A stretch of 32,000 nt of DNA from Muribacter muris. GTDB lineage: Bacteria > Pseudomonadota > Gammaproteobacteria > Enterobacterales > Pasteurellaceae. The position numbers were made by a program, and so were the translations under genes. The stretch covers positions 71,281-103,280 of the forward strand of contig NZ_JWIZ01000003.1 in NCBI RefSeq assembly GCF_001038205.1, read 5' to 3'. Numbering within the stretch: the first letter of the stretch is position 1; every line of letters begins with the position of its first letter. The notes under the pieces are model-generated. The model was not told the DNA's origin. It searched no databases and saw nothing but the letters and a program-made list of their open reading frames with translations. Positions 15,794 to 26,207 of the stretch are shown one piece after another.

Positions 15794-17656
15794 ATGTTGA
15801 ATGTGCTGAAAGGGCTTTATCAAGTTTTTCGGTGTATCCGTGAGTTTGTATTAAGCCTGTTTTTTATTTTGTTTGTGTTGGTTTTATTTGCTTTAGCCAG
15901 TGTAATGAGCGGCGGGGACAAGAAAAATGCCCCTATCATCATTGAACAGGGGGCATTAACCCTGAATTTGGACGGCTACCTTGCCGATAATCACGATGAA
16001 TTTAGCGAGTTTAACCGCTTCATCAATGAAGAATTGACCGGTCAAAGAGAGCCGCTCAAAATTTCAACCTTTGATGTTGTCCAAGCGATCGCAATGGCGA
16101 AAACCGATGACAGAGTAAAAGGCTTAGTATTAGATCTGGCGTATTTCCACGGGGGCGATGTGCCGTCCTTGCAGTATATCGGCGAAGCGATCGAGGATTT
16201 TAAAACGGCACAAAAACCGGTGATTGCGGTGGGCAATTATTTCAGCCAGCAGCAATACTACCTTGCCAGCTATGCGGACAAAATCTACCTTAACCGTGCC
16301 GGATTTGTGGATTTACACGGCTTGAGCTACAGTAACCTTTATTTCAAATCCTTGTTCGATAAAATTGAAGCCGTGCCGCATATTTTCCGTTTCGGGACTT
16401 ATAAATCGGCGGTCGAACCGTTTATGCGTAATGATATGTCGCCGGAAGCCCGTCAAAATGCACAGCTTTGGCTGGATAAACTGTGGCGGAATATGAGTCA
16501 AGATATAGCCGAAAACCGACATATTAAGGCGGAAAATGTCGTGCCGGAGACCGCCCGTTTTCTTGCCGAGTACAAAGCGGTAAAAGGCAATGATGCCCAC
16601 TATGCGTTGAAGCAACAGTTGGTTACGGATATTTTAACCCAGCAGGAAATACAGAAAATTTTGGTGCAACACTTCGGCAAAAATAGCGAAGGAAGCTATA
16701 ACAGTATTGATTTCTTCGACTATGTTAGCCAACTACCAAATCGCTTTGAAAAAGAGGGCTTGCACCGTATTGCTGTGATCAACGTTGAAGGGGCGATAAT
16801 GACCGGCGACAGCGACGACCAAACCGCTGGCAGCGATACGATCGTGTCGCAGCTCAAAAAAGCCCGTCAAGATGACAAAGTGAAAGGCGTTATTTTACGC
16901 ATTAACAGCCCCGGCGGCAGTGCGATGGCATCGGAGCTTATCCGTCAAGAAGTGGAAAATGTACAGAGTGCCGGCAAACCGGTGGTTGTGTCGATGGGCG
17001 GAATGGCGGCTTCTGGCGGCTATTGGATTGCAGCAACCAGCGATAAAATCGTGGCACAACCGACTACATTAACAGGTTCAATCGGTATTTTCGGATTGGC
17101 AGTTACCTTTGAGAAAACCGCGAAAAAACTTGGCATTAGCGAAGATGGCATTGCAACCTCGCCGTTAGCCAATCAATCTGCTTTCAAAACCTTGTCAAAA
17201 GAGCAGGGCGATGTGATACAAATCGGGATTGAAAACGGCTATCAACGCTTTTTAGATCTCGTCAGCCGTGGGCGGAAAATGACCACAGCGGAAGTGGATA
17301 AAATTGCCCAAGGTCAAGTATGGTTGGGAGAAAGCGCGTTAGAAAAAGGGCTGGTCGATAAACTCGGATCGTTTAACGATGCACACGAGCTGCTTATCGA
17401 CCTAATCAACGAGAAACGCAAGGCGAAAGGGAAAGTGGCGATTGAGCGTTTCAACACCTATTGGATTGTAGAACAGCGAGATGATTTGCTCAGCCAACTG
17501 ATGCGTGATTTTAAAGCCCAGATCGGCGGCAATATGGCGAGTTGGTTAGGCTTATCCGTGCCGAAAAAAATGGAAAGCCAACTCGGACAACTAGCGAAGT
17601 TTAACGATCCGCAAAGCCGCTATCTCTATTGCTTAAATTGCGGCACGCTGAAATAG
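15794..17656 (+). CDS. sppA: Signal peptide peptidase SppA (protease IV, 67K type)
   Basis: 620 aa with an N-terminal TM segment and duplicated S49 domains (INSPGGSAMASELIRQE..., SMGGMAASGGYWIA). AAGGAG RBS before ATG 15794. Confidence 0.95.
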   Translation: MLNVLKGLYQVFRCIREFVLSLFFILFVLVLFALASVMSGGDKKNAPIIIEQGALTLNLDGYLADNHDEFSEFNRFINEELTGQREPLKISTFDVVQAIAMAKTDDRVKGLVLDLAYFHGGDVPSLQYIGEAIEDFKTAQKPVIAVGNYFSQQQYYLASYADKIYLNRAGFVDLHGLSYSNLYFKSLFDKIEAVPHIFRFGTYKSAVEPFMRNDMSPEARQNAQLWLDKLWRNMSQDIAENRHIKAENVVPETARFLAEYKAVKGNDAHYALKQQLVTDILTQQEIQKILVQHFGKNSEGSYNSIDFFDYVSQLPNRFEKEGLHRIAVINVEGAIMTGDSDDQTAGSDTIVSQLKKARQDDKVKGVILRINSPGGSAMASELIRQEVENVQSAGKPVVVSMGGMAASGGYWIAATSDKIVAQPTTLTGSIGIFGLAVTFEKTAKKLGISEDGIATSPLANQSAFKTLSKEQGDVIQIGIENGYQRFLDLVSRGRKMTTAEVDKIAQGQVWLGESALEKGLVDKLGSFNDAHELLIDLINEKRKAKGKVAIERFNTYWIVEQRDDLLSQLMRDFKAQIGGNMASWLGLSVPKKMESQLGQLAKFNDPQSRYLYCLNCGTLK

Positions 17657-17659
17657 CGA

Positions 17660-17718
17660 CGCAAGCGGTCGGTTTGCCTATTGATTTTGCAAAAAACGGG
17701 CGTAACAGACCGCTTGCG
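17660..17718. repeat. Inverted pair of USS cores flanking a central TTTTGCAAAA palindrome; possible long-loop terminator after sppA
   Basis: cgcaagcggtc (17660-17670) and gaccgcttgcg (17708-17718) are perfect reverse complements 37 nt apart. TTTTGCAAAA (17685-17694) sits almost exactly at the centre. Confidence 0.7.
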
Positions 17719-17820
17719 ATGCACAATTTTAGGGAATTGGGTGAGTTCGGCATTGCAAAACAGGCAATAGCCCTTTAAACTGCCCAACTTATTTTAGGTT
17801 TAATTCTCAGCAGAAAGACA

Positions 17821-18834
17821 ATGACGGAAACAACAGCGAACCTTTCACTAGGTCAACAACTTAAAAATGCACGGGAAGCGCTTGGGCTTTCTATCGAAGA
17901 AGTTGCACAAAAAACCAATTTAAAGAAAAATCATATTGATGCCTTTGAAAATGATATTTTCATTTTACAAAATGTGCCGCCCGCCTTTGCCCGTGGTTAT
18001 GTCCGCAATTATGTTCGCTTTCTACGTTTGCCGGAAAACCTGATCGATTCGGTTAATTACGGCGAGGTTACTATTCCTAAAGAGGTGAAACGGGCAGCGC
18101 CGATTAAAGTAGCAGCTAACCCTAGATCACAAAGCCGTTGGGTGAGAAATATTACTTGGCTGATTTTACTGGCGGCGGTTGGGATGACGCTGGCGTGGTG
18201 GTGGCAAGAGCATCAAAAAGATCAAGCCAGCCGTGATGCGTTAGTGAGTAACACTGAAATACCGGCAGTGCAGGTTCAGGATAATACCCAGTCAGTGCCG
18301 CCGGACACGGTGGCAGCAGCAGAAAATCAAACGGTTGCTCCGGCATCAAATAACAGCGAAAGCGAAGCCCACTCTCAGCCAAGTGCTAACGAGATTGTGC
18401 TTAATAATACGACACCTGCCCACGAAGCGACACAAACTGAGCCGGCAGAAAATGCCACCGAAGCCCCTCAAGCTGCCGAATCTACAACAGAGGAAAGTAC
18501 GTCATCAGAGCCGATCAATGTGTTGCAACAACAGCCCGAGCAGGCGGAACAAACCGTTGCGAATAGCGAGCAACCCGAGGCAGCGGTTATTAACGATGAA
18601 TTGCGGATCGAAATTGTTGGCGGGCAGAGTTGGATTACTGTGCGAGGTGCGAAAAACAAACGCTTAGCGGAGAAGCTCTACAATGCCGGTGAGGTGCTGA
18701 CGTTTAATCATAATGAACAATACCGCCTAACTATCGGTGCGCCGGCAAACGTGAAAATTTATTACAAAGGGCAGCAAGTGCCATTAAAAGTCGATGGGCG
18801 TGTTGCACGTTTCAAATTACCTTTAGCAAACTAA
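17821..18834 (+). CDS. rodZ: Cytoskeleton/cell-shape protein RodZ
   Basis: N-terminal HTH (LGQQLKNAREALGLSIEEVAQKTNLKKNHIDAFE), one TM segment (ITWLILLAAVGMTLAWWW), a low-complexity Q/E/A/T/P linker, and a C-terminal DUF4115-like domain (LRIEIVGGQSWITV...YRLTIGAPANVKIYYKGQ). rodZ-ispG-hisS order as in E. coli. Confidence 0.9.
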   Translation: MTETTANLSLGQQLKNAREALGLSIEEVAQKTNLKKNHIDAFENDIFILQNVPPAFARGYVRNYVRFLRLPENLIDSVNYGEVTIPKEVKRAAPIKVAANPRSQSRWVRNITWLILLAAVGMTLAWWWQEHQKDQASRDALVSNTEIPAVQVQDNTQSVPPDTVAAAENQTVAPASNNSESEAHSQPSANEIVLNNTTPAHEATQTEPAENATEAPQAAESTTEESTSSEPINVLQQQPEQAEQTVANSEQPEAAVINDELRIEIVGGQSWITVRGAKNKRLAEKLYNAGEVLTFNHNEQYRLTIGAPANVKIYYKGQQVPLKVDGRVARFKLPLAN

Positions 18835-18851
18835 CTTGTTGAGTGGGAAAA

Positions 18852-19961
18852 ATGTTAAAAGAAGTGCCGATTACTCGGCGTCAATCAACTAAAATTTATG
18901 TGGGAAATGTGCCTGTTGGTGGCGATGCACCGATTGCTGTGCAATCAATGACCAATACCCGCACCACAGACGTGGAAGCCACGGTTGCGCAGATTAAATC
19001 CCTTGAACGTGTCGGGGCGGATATTGTGCGGGTGTCTGTGCCGACAATGGACGCTGCCGAAGCCTTTAAGCTGATTAAGCAACAGGTGAATGTGCCGTTG
19101 GTGGCAGATATTCACTTTGATTACCGTATCGCCTTGAAAGTGGCGGAATATGGCGTGGATTGCTTGCGGATCAATCCGGGCAATATCGGCAAAGAGGAAC
19201 GGATTCGGGCAGTGGTTGATTGCGCAAGGGATAAAAATATTCCGATTCGGATCGGGGTGAATGCGGGATCGCTTGAAAAAGATCTCCAAGAAAAATTTGG
19301 CGAACCGACACCGGAAGCGTTATTGGAATCGGCACTTCGCCACGTTGAGATCCTAGATCGTCTTAATTTCGATCAGTTTAAGGTCAGCGTAAAAGCCTCC
19401 GATGTGTTTTTAGCGGTCGAATCTTATCGCTTGTTGGCAAAAGCGATTAAACAGCCGATTCACTTAGGCATTACCGAAGCCGGCGGCGCTCGCGCGGGTG
19501 CAGTGAAATCAGCGATTGGCTTAGGGTTATTATTATCGGAAGGCATTGGCGATACGTTGCGGGTTTCCTTAGCGGCTGATCCGGTCGAAGAGATCAAAGT
19601 CGGCTTTGATATTCTGAAGTCGTTACGCATACGCTCCCGCGGTATCAATTTTATTGCCTGCCCGACCTGCTCCCGCCAAGAATTTGACGTGATCGGTACG
19701 GTGAATGCCTTAGAACAACGCCTTGAAGATATTATTACGCCAATGGACGTTTCGATTATCGGCTGCGTAGTAAACGGGCCGGGGGAAGCGTTGGTATCGG
19801 ATTTAGGCGTAACCGGTAGCAACAAGATGAGCGGCTATTACCTTGACGGTGTCCGCCAGAAAGAGCGGTTTGAAAACGATAAACTCATCGACCAATTAGA
19901 AGCGAAAATCCGCGCCAGAGTGGCGGCGCAGCATCAGCGCATTGATGTTCAGCAACTTTAA
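18852..19961 (+). CDS. ispG: 4-hydroxy-3-methylbut-2-en-1-yl diphosphate synthase (MEP pathway)
   Basis: [28 protein letters not shown]...ACPTCSRQ...[10 protein letters not shown] are IspG/GcpE hallmarks. ATG 18852 is preferred over GTG 18843. Confidence 0.95.
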   Translation: MLKEVPITRRQSTKIYVGNVPVGGDAPIAVQSMTNTRTTDVEATVAQIKSLERVGADIVRVSVPTMDAAEAFKLIKQQVNVPLVADIHFDYRIALKVAEYGVDCLRINPGNIGKEERIRAVVDCARDKNIPIRIGVNAGSLEKDLQEKFGEPTPEALLESALRHVEILDRLNFDQFKVSVKASDVFLAVESYRLLAKAIKQPIHLGITEAGGARAGAVKSAIGLGLLLSEGIGDTLRVSLAADPVEEIKVGFDILKSLRIRSRGINFIACPTCSRQEFDVIGTVNALEQRLEDIITPMDVSIIGCVVNGPGEALVSDLGVTGSNKMSGYYLDGVRQKERFENDKLIDQLEAKIRARVAAQHQRIDVQQL

Positions 19962-19969
19962 TTGCCGTA

Positions 19970-20003
19970 ACAAGCGGTCGGATTGAACCATATTTTTGCA
20001 AAT
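19970..20003 (+). repeat. USS composite between ispG and hisS
   Basis: ACAAGCGGTC GGATTGAACCATATTTTT GC AAAT. Confidence 0.8.
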
Positions 20004-20015
20004 TTAGGAGTAAGC

Positions 20016-21302
20016 GTGTCAAAAACAATTCAAGCGGTGCGTGGAATGAATGATTTTTCACCCAACGAAACGCGATTATGGCAATGGTTGGAGCAAACTA
20101 TCCGTGAAACCTTTGCCGGCTACGGTTATAGCGAAGTGCGTAGCCCGATTATTGAATCGACCCATTTATTTAAACGTGGTGTGGGTGAAGCAACGGATAT
20201 TGTCGAAAAAGAGATGTTTACCTTTGCACGTGATGAAGAAAGCCTGACACTTCGCCCGGAAGGTACGGCGGGGTGCGTGCGTGCGGCGATTGAGCACGGT
20301 TGGATCTATAATCAGGAGCAGCGTTTGTGGTATATCGGGCCGATGTTCCGCTATGAACGCCCACAAAAAGGACGTTACCGTCAATTTCACCAAGCAGGCG
20401 TGGAAATTTTTGGGATTGCAAATGCCGAAGCGGACGCAGAATTGATTTTGCTCACTGCGCGTTTATGGGAAAAATTGGGGATTCGTCAGCACGTTAAATT
20501 GCAGCTCAATTCCATTGGCGACTTAGAGGTGAGAACCCGCTATCGTGAAGCATTAGTGGCGTTTTTACAACAGCATTTGGATGTTTTAAAACAAGATCCG
20601 GACAGTGAACGCCGTTTAACCACCAACCCATTGCGGATTTTGGATACCAAACATCAGGTACTCCAACAGGTGTTGAACGATGCACCGAAATTACACGATT
20701 TTTTAGATGATGAGTCGAAAGCCCATTTTAACCGTTTGTGCGAAATTTTAGATGCAATGGGAATTGCCTACGAAATCAATCAAAAATTGGTGCGTGGATT
20801 GGATTATTACAATAAAACCGTGTTTGAGTGGGTAACAGACGCACTGGGGGCACAAGGCACAGTTTGCGGCGGCGGTCGCTATGACGGCTTGGTCGCACAG
20901 CTCGGCGGACACGCAACCGAAGGGGTCGGCTTTGCAATGGGAATGGAACGCTTGGCATTACTTGTGCAAGAAGTGAACCCGACTATTGCCTTACCGAGAG
21001 CAGTGGATATTTATCTGGTGCATTCGGGCGAGGGTGCAGATTTAGCCGCGTTCCGCCTTGCCGAGACGATTCGTGATGCGCTGCCGACTTTGCGTGTAAT
21101 GTTGCATACCAGCGGGGGCAATTTCAAAAAACAATTCAAACGGGCGGATAAATTGGGCGCAAAAATTGCGTTAGTGTTAGGCGAGAGCGAAGTCGCAGAC
21201 AACACGGTCGTGATTAAAGATCTGTTCGGGCAGAGCGAGCAAGTTACCGTGGCACAAAGTACGCTCATCAACGAGCTTTCTGACCGTTTTTCACAGGAGT
21301 AA
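20016..21302 (+). CDS. hisS: Histidine--tRNA ligase
   Basis: (V)[22 protein letters not shown]...[12 protein letters not shown]...[21 protein letters not shown]...[11 protein letters not shown] 20016 has an AGGAG RBS and matches the E. coli N-terminus (MAKNIQAIRGMND). Confidence 0.95.
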   Translation: MSKTIQAVRGMNDFSPNETRLWQWLEQTIRETFAGYGYSEVRSPIIESTHLFKRGVGEATDIVEKEMFTFARDEESLTLRPEGTAGCVRAAIEHGWIYNQEQRLWYIGPMFRYERPQKGRYRQFHQAGVEIFGIANAEADAELILLTARLWEKLGIRQHVKLQLNSIGDLEVRTRYREALVAFLQQHLDVLKQDPDSERRLTTNPLRILDTKHQVLQQVLNDAPKLHDFLDDESKAHFNRLCEILDAMGIAYEINQKLVRGLDYYNKTVFEWVTDALGAQGTVCGGGRYDGLVAQLGGHATEGVGFAMGMERLALLVQEVNPTIALPRAVDIYLVHSGEGADLAAFRLAETIRDALPTLRVMLHTSGGNFKKQFKRADKLGAKIALVLGESEVADNTVVIKDLFGQSEQVTVAQSTLINELSDRFSQE

Positions 21303-21305
21303 AAA

Positions 21306-21926
21306 ATGAGCGATTATTTGAATAAAACCGAAGAACAGCAATTTGAAGAAGCCAAAAGTTGGTTTAAGCAAAACGGCACACCGATTTTAGTGGCAGTCTT
21401 GATTGCGGCGGCTGCTGGTTTCGGTTGGAATTATTGGCAGAAACATCAGCTTGAAACGGCACAGCAAACCTCTGCACAGTATCAGCAGGTGATGGAAAGC
21501 TATTTGCAAAATCCGGAGAAGAACGCCCCGCTTGCAGATAAATTTATCAGCGAACACAGCAACTCAAACTATGCAGTGTTTACGCAGTTAGAGCAGGCGA
21601 AACAGTTGGTAGCAAAAGGGGAATTTGAGACTGCCCGTCAATATTTAACGCAGGCGCTGGCTGCGACAAGTGATGCCACCTTGCAATCGGTGATCCGTTT
21701 TCGCTTAGCGGCGGTTGCTTATCAGCTCAATCAATTTGATGAAGCGTTGGAGATGCTTGCACCGATAAAAGATCAGGCGTGGTCGCTGCGGAAACAGGTT
21801 TTCAGCGGTGATATTTTACTGGCGAAAGGCGATAAAACAGCGGCACGCAGTGCTTATGAGCAAGCCAAAGCGCAGGCACAGCCTCAAGATCAGATGTTGA
21901 TTGATATTCGCTTAAATAATTTATAA
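21306..21926 (+). CDS. yfgM: YfgM-family ancillary SecYEG translocon subunit (N-terminal TM plus TPR-like domain)
   Basis: Collinear with E. coli YfgM (e.g. ...SDATLQSVIRFRLAAV...GDILLAKGDKTAARSAYEQA...). Starts 4 nt after hisS, as in E. coli. Confidence 0.85.
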   Translation: MSDYLNKTEEQQFEEAKSWFKQNGTPILVAVLIAAAAGFGWNYWQKHQLETAQQTSAQYQQVMESYLQNPEKNAPLADKFISEHSNSNYAVFTQLEQAKQLVAKGEFETARQYLTQALAATSDATLQSVIRFRLAAVAYQLNQFDEALEMLAPIKDQAWSLRKQVFSGDILLAKGDKTAARSAYEQAKAQAQPQDQMLIDIRLNNL

Positions 21927-21929
21927 ATA

Positions 21930-21958
21930 AAAAGGGCTACTTGAGTAGCCCTTTTCTT
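21930..21958. terminator. Bidirectional terminator between convergent yfgM and asd
   Basis: aaaagggctac (21930-21940) / gtagccctttt (21945-21955), 4-nt loop, with A/T runs on both sides. Confidence 0.85.
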
Positions 21959-21966
21959 TCTTCGGA

Positions 21967-23082
21967 TTATTTGACCAGTTGCATTAAGATACGGCGTACC
22001 GGCTCTGCAGCACCCCATAATAATTGGTCGCCCACGGTAAAGGCGGCAAGGTATTCTCCGCCCATCGCCAATTTGCGTAAACGTCCGACCGGAATGCTTA
22101 ATGTGCCTGTTACTTTAGCTGGTGTCAGCTCACGCAGGGTACTTTCTTTGTCGTTTGGAATGACTTTGACCCATTCATTATGGGCGGCGATGATCTGTTC
22201 AATCTCGGCTAATGGCAGGTCTTTTTTCAGTTTAATGGTGAAGGCTTGGCTATGGCAACGCAATGCGCCGATGCGTACGCATAGACCGTCCACCGGAATC
22301 GGATTATCGCTTAGCCCAAGGATTTTGTTGGTTTCTGCGTAGCCTTTCCATTCTTCTTTGGTTTGTCCGGTTTCCGGCAAGAGTTTGTCGATCCACGGGA
22401 TTAAGCTGCCGCCTAAAGCTGCGCCGAAATTATCGGTTGGGAAATCGTCAGCACGTATTTTTGCGGTAACTTTGCGTTCAATCTCTAAAATCGAAGCCGC
22501 AGGATCGGCAAGTTCTGCACTCACGCTTTGTTCTAATTGCCCCATTTGGCTGAGTAGTTCACGCATATTTTTTGCACCGGCTCCGGAGGCGGCTTGATAG
22601 GTGGCAACGGAGACCCATTCGACTAAATCTCGTTCAAATAAACCGCCGATTGCCATTAACATTAAGCTGACAGTACAGTTTCCGCCGACAAAGGTTTTAA
22701 TGCCGTTTTTTAACCCTTCTGCAATCACGTTCTGATTGACCGGATCAAGCACGATAATTGCCTCTTTTTCCATACGCAAGGCGGAGGCGGCATCGATCCA
22801 ATAACCGTTCCAACCGGTTGCTCTTAATTTGGGGTACACCTCGTTGGTATAGTCGCCGCCTTGGCAGGTAACGATGATGTCTAATTTTTGTAACTCGGCA
22901 ATATCAAACGCATTTTTCAGCTCACCTGCGTCCTTGTTGCAAAAAATCGGGGCTTTTTGACCCGCTTGCGAAGTGGTGAAAAAAACAGGGTTGATGTTGG
23001 CAAAGTCATTCTCCGTAACCATACGATCCATCAACACCGAACCGACCATACCACGCCAACCGATAAAACCTACATTTTGCAT
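21967..23082 (-). CDS. asd: Aspartate-semialdehyde dehydrogenase
   Basis: [21 protein letters not shown]...[12 protein letters not shown] (active-site Cys)...QAASGAGA... is full-length gamma-proteobacterial Asd. Confidence 0.95.
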   Translation of the reverse strand: MQNVGFIGWRGMVGSVLMDRMVTENDFANINPVFFTTSQAGQKAPIFCNKDAGELKNAFDIAELQKLDIIVTCQGGDYTNEVYPKLRATGWNGYWIDAASALRMEKEAIIVLDPVNQNVIAEGLKNGIKTFVGGNCTVSLMLMAIGGLFERDLVEWVSVATYQAASGAGAKNMRELLSQMGQLEQSVSAELADPAASILEIERKVTAKIRADDFPTDNFGAALGGSLIPWIDKLLPETGQTKEEWKGYAETNKILGLSDNPIPVDGLCVRIGALRCHSQAFTIKLKKDLPLAEIEQIIAAHNEWVKVIPNDKESTLRELTPAKVTGTLSIPVGRLRKLAMGGEYLAAFTVGDQLLWGAAEPVRRILMQLVK

Positions 23083-23408
23083 TGTTACTCCTCACTCATT
23101 GAAGTTGTGTTTTTTAATAGAAAGGCTGATAAATACAAGATTTTCAACCGAATTGCAATCAATTTTTGTGCCTTTATCGCAGAGATTTCAAGGCGGCGAA
23201 AAGCAACGGCAGAAATCTTGACACGAAACAAATGATTTTCTTCATTGATGAAAATAAATACGAATATGATTGAAGAAATTGCTTATCGGAGCTGTTTTTA
23301 TCGTGTTTTTAACTTCGTTTTGTAGTAAAGTTAGCAATGTTTTGCGGTAAAGGGATGCCGTTAATAAATGAATTTATTTAACTATTTGATTTTTAAGAGG
23401 AACTTACT

Positions 23409-23666
23409 ATGTACTCAAAAGATGTAACCATTATTGCACCAAACGGCTTACACACTCGCCCAGCGGCAGAGTTTGTAAAAGCAGCAAAAGGCTTTGCTTC
23501 TGATGTTACGGTAACATCGGGCGGTAAAAGTGCCAGTGCGAAGAGCTTATTTAAGCTTCAAACATTGGGTTTAACTCAAGGTACGGTAATCACAATTTCA
23601 GCTGAAGGTGAAGACGAGCAAAAAGCGGTGGATTTCTTAGTGGATTTAATCCCAACCTTAGAATAG
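23409..23666 (+). CDS. ptsH: Phosphocarrier protein HPr
   Basis: 85 aa. NGLHTRPAA contains the phosphorylated His15 motif. AAGAGG RBS. Confidence 0.95.
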   Translation: MYSKDVTIIAPNGLHTRPAAEFVKAAKGFASDVTVTSGGKSASAKSLFKLQTLGLTQGTVITISAEGEDEQKAVDFLVDLIPTLE

Positions 23667-23677
23667 TTTTCCCGTTG

Positions 23678-23730
23678 AACATAACGACTTTGTTAGGCTT
23701 AATCAAGCGTCAGCAAAGTCGTTTTATGTT
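23678..23730 (+). other. Long imperfect hairpin in the ptsH-ptsI spacer; candidate partial terminator or processing site
   Basis: aacataacgactttg (23678-23692) pairs with caaagtcgttttatgtt (23714-23730): 10 bp perfect, then 5 bp after a 2-nt bulge; 21-nt loop; followed by attttagctt. Confidence 0.5.
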
Positions 23731-23770
23731 ATTTTAGCTTAACTCATTACCCTCAAGTAAGGATTAAATT

Positions 23771-25492
23771 ATGATTACAGGTATTGCGGCTTCACCGGGG
23801 ATTGTTTTCGGTAAAGCCCTCGTTCTCAAAGAAGAGCCGATTGTCCTTAATACGCAAAAAATCACAGCCGATCAAATTGAGACGGAAAAAGCGAAATTTT
23901 TTGCCGGTCGTGAAAAAGCGGCGGCACAATTAACTGCAATCAAAGAGAAAGCCAGACGTACCTTAGGCGAAGAAAAAGAAGCCATCTTTGAAGGTCATTT
24001 AATGATCTTAGAAGATGAAGAGCTAGAGGAAGAAATTTTAGCTTATGTGGAAGAGCATTTAGTCACGGCAGATGTTGCAACACATAAGATCATTGAAATG
24101 CAAGCCTCTATGTTGGCTGAAATTGATGATGAATACTTAAAAGAGCGTGCCGGTGATATTCGTGATATCGGTAACCGCTTGCTACGCAATATTTTAGGTA
24201 TGCGTATTATTGATTTAGGCGATATTCAAGAAGAAGTCATTCTCGTGGCTTACGATTTAACCCCTTCTGAAACCGCACAACTGAATTTAGATAAAGTGTT
24301 AGGTTTTGTAACCGATATTGGCGGTCGCACCTCTCATACCTCAATTATGGCACGTTCCCTTGAGTTACCGGCGGTGGTCGGCACTAATAACGTAACCACA
24401 TTAGTCAATAGCGGCGATACCTTAATTCTTGATGCGATCAATAATGAAGTACATATCAATCCGTCTGTCGAGCAATTAGCGGCGGCTGAGGCGTTGCAAA
24501 ATAAAGTCGCCGAAGAAAAAGCGGAATTAGCTAAATTAAAAGATTTACCTGCGGAAACCTTGGACGGACACCGTATTGATGTGGCGGGTAATATCGGCAC
24601 AATCCGTGATGTGGACGGCGTATTGCGTAACGGCGGCGAGGCGGTAGGTTTATACCGTACCGAATTCTTGTTTATGGATCGCGACCATCTGCCAAGCGAA
24701 GAAGAACAATTCCGAGCCTACAAAGAAATTGTGGAAGCAATGCAAGGTAAGTTGGTTGTCTTGCGCACAATGGACATTGGTGGCGATAAAGAGTTACCGT
24801 ATCTTGATCTACCAAAAGAGATGAACCCATTCTTGGGCTGGCGTGCGGTGCGTATCGGCTTGGTTCGCCGTGAAATTTTAGACACCCAATTACGTGCGGT
24901 CTTGCGGGCATCAGCCTTTGGGCAATTAGCGGTAATGTTCCCGATGATCATCTCGGTGGAAGAGATCCGTGAATTAAAAGGGATTATTGCCGAGCTAAAA
25001 CAGCAGTTGCGTGATGAAGGTCAAGCTTTTGATGAAAATCTGCAAATCGGGGTAATGGTTGAAACGCCGTCTGCGGCAGTAAATGCCCGTCATCTTGCCA
25101 AAGAGGTCGATTTCTTCAGTATCGGCACTAACGATTTAACCCAATATACCCTTGCGGTTGATCGTGGTAACGAAATTATTGCTCACCTTTATAACCCTCT
25201 GACACCATCCGTATTAAACTTGATTAAGCAAGTGATTGATGCCTCTCACGCCGAGGGCAAATGGACGGGTATGTGTGGCGAGCTTGCCGGTGATGTGCGT
25301 GCTACGGCGTTATTACTGGGAATGGGATTAGACGAATTTAGTATGAGTGCTATTTCCGTACCGCACGTCAAAAAATTAGTGAGAAGTATTCACTATGCGG
25401 ACGCTAAAGCACTTGCCGAGCAGGCATTAGCACAACCAACGGCAGCCGATATTGAAAAACTGGTGAATGACTTTTACCAAAATTTGAACTAA
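23771..25492 (+). CDS. ptsI: Phosphoenolpyruvate-protein phosphotransferase (PTS Enzyme I)
   Basis: 573 aa, near-collinear with E. coli PtsI ([60 protein letters not shown]). Confidence 0.95.
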   Translation: MITGIAASPGIVFGKALVLKEEPIVLNTQKITADQIETEKAKFFAGREKAAAQLTAIKEKARRTLGEEKEAIFEGHLMILEDEELEEEILAYVEEHLVTADVATHKIIEMQASMLAEIDDEYLKERAGDIRDIGNRLLRNILGMRIIDLGDIQEEVILVAYDLTPSETAQLNLDKVLGFVTDIGGRTSHTSIMARSLELPAVVGTNNVTTLVNSGDTLILDAINNEVHINPSVEQLAAAEALQNKVAEEKAELAKLKDLPAETLDGHRIDVAGNIGTIRDVDGVLRNGGEAVGLYRTEFLFMDRDHLPSEEEQFRAYKEIVEAMQGKLVVLRTMDIGGDKELPYLDLPKEMNPFLGWRAVRIGLVRREILDTQLRAVLRASAFGQLAVMFPMIISVEEIRELKGIIAELKQQLRDEGQAFDENLQIGVMVETPSAAVNARHLAKEVDFFSIGTNDLTQYTLAVDRGNEIIAHLYNPLTPSVLNLIKQVIDASHAEGKWTGMCGELAGDVRATALLLGMGLDEFSMSAISVPHVKKLVRSIHYADAKALAEQALAQPTAADIEKLVNDFYQNLN

Positions 25493-25563
25493 TTCAGATA
25501 CAAAATTAAAATTCTCGTATAAAATATGCGGGAATTTATTCATTGAGTAATGGAGACTAAATT

Positions 25564-26067
25564 ATGGGAATTTTTGACAAATTATTCGGTGGCAAAAAAG
25601 ATGCTGCACCGAAAGAAGTGAAAATTTATGCCCCGCTTTCAGGTGAAATTGTAAATATTGAAGATGTGCCTGATGTGGTTTTTTCCGAGAAAATCGTTGG
25701 TGATGGTATTGCAATCCGCCCGAATGGCGACACTATCGTTGCACCGGTGAATGGGGTGATCGGTAAAATTTTTGAAACCAATCACGCTTTCTCCATTGAA
25801 TCGGAAGACGGGATCGAACTTTTTGTTCACTTCGGTATTGATACTGTCGAGCTAAAAGGCGAAGGCTTTACCCGTATTGCTGAAGAAGGTCAGAAAGTGA
25901 AAGTCGGTGATCCGATTATCAAATTTGACTTAGCGTTATTGTCAGAAAAAGCAAAATCGGTCTTAACGCCGGTTGTGATTTCAAATATGGATGAAATCAG
26001 CAACTTGCAAGAATTGTCCGGCGAAGTGGTTGCTGGCGAGAGCGAAGTGTTATCATTAGCAAAATAA
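25564..26067 (+). CDS. crr: PTS glucose-specific EIIA component
   Basis: [31 protein letters not shown]...[36 protein letters not shown] is nearly identical in pattern to E. coli Crr. Confidence 0.95.
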   Translation: MGIFDKLFGGKKDAAPKEVKIYAPLSGEIVNIEDVPDVVFSEKIVGDGIAIRPNGDTIVAPVNGVIGKIFETNHAFSIESEDGIELFVHFGIDTVELKGEGFTRIAEEGQKVKVGDPIIKFDLALLSEKAKSVLTPVVISNMDEISNLQELSGEVVAGESEVLSLAK

Positions 26068-26085
26068 TCACTTTATTTAATTGGC

Positions 26086-26115
26086 AAAACCACGACAAAA
26101 AGTCGTGGTTTTTGT
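26086..26115 (+). terminator. Rho-independent terminator of the pts operon
   Basis: aaaaccacgac (26086-26096) / gtcgtggtttt (26102-26112), 5-nt loop, T-run. Confidence 0.85.
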
Positions 26116-26207
26116 ATTTATTATGCTAAAATGTCGCCGATTTTCAGCGTAAAGGGCATACTCTTTACGCTTTTATTTTTAACTGATTGAACAAGATGAT
26201 TGAGAAA

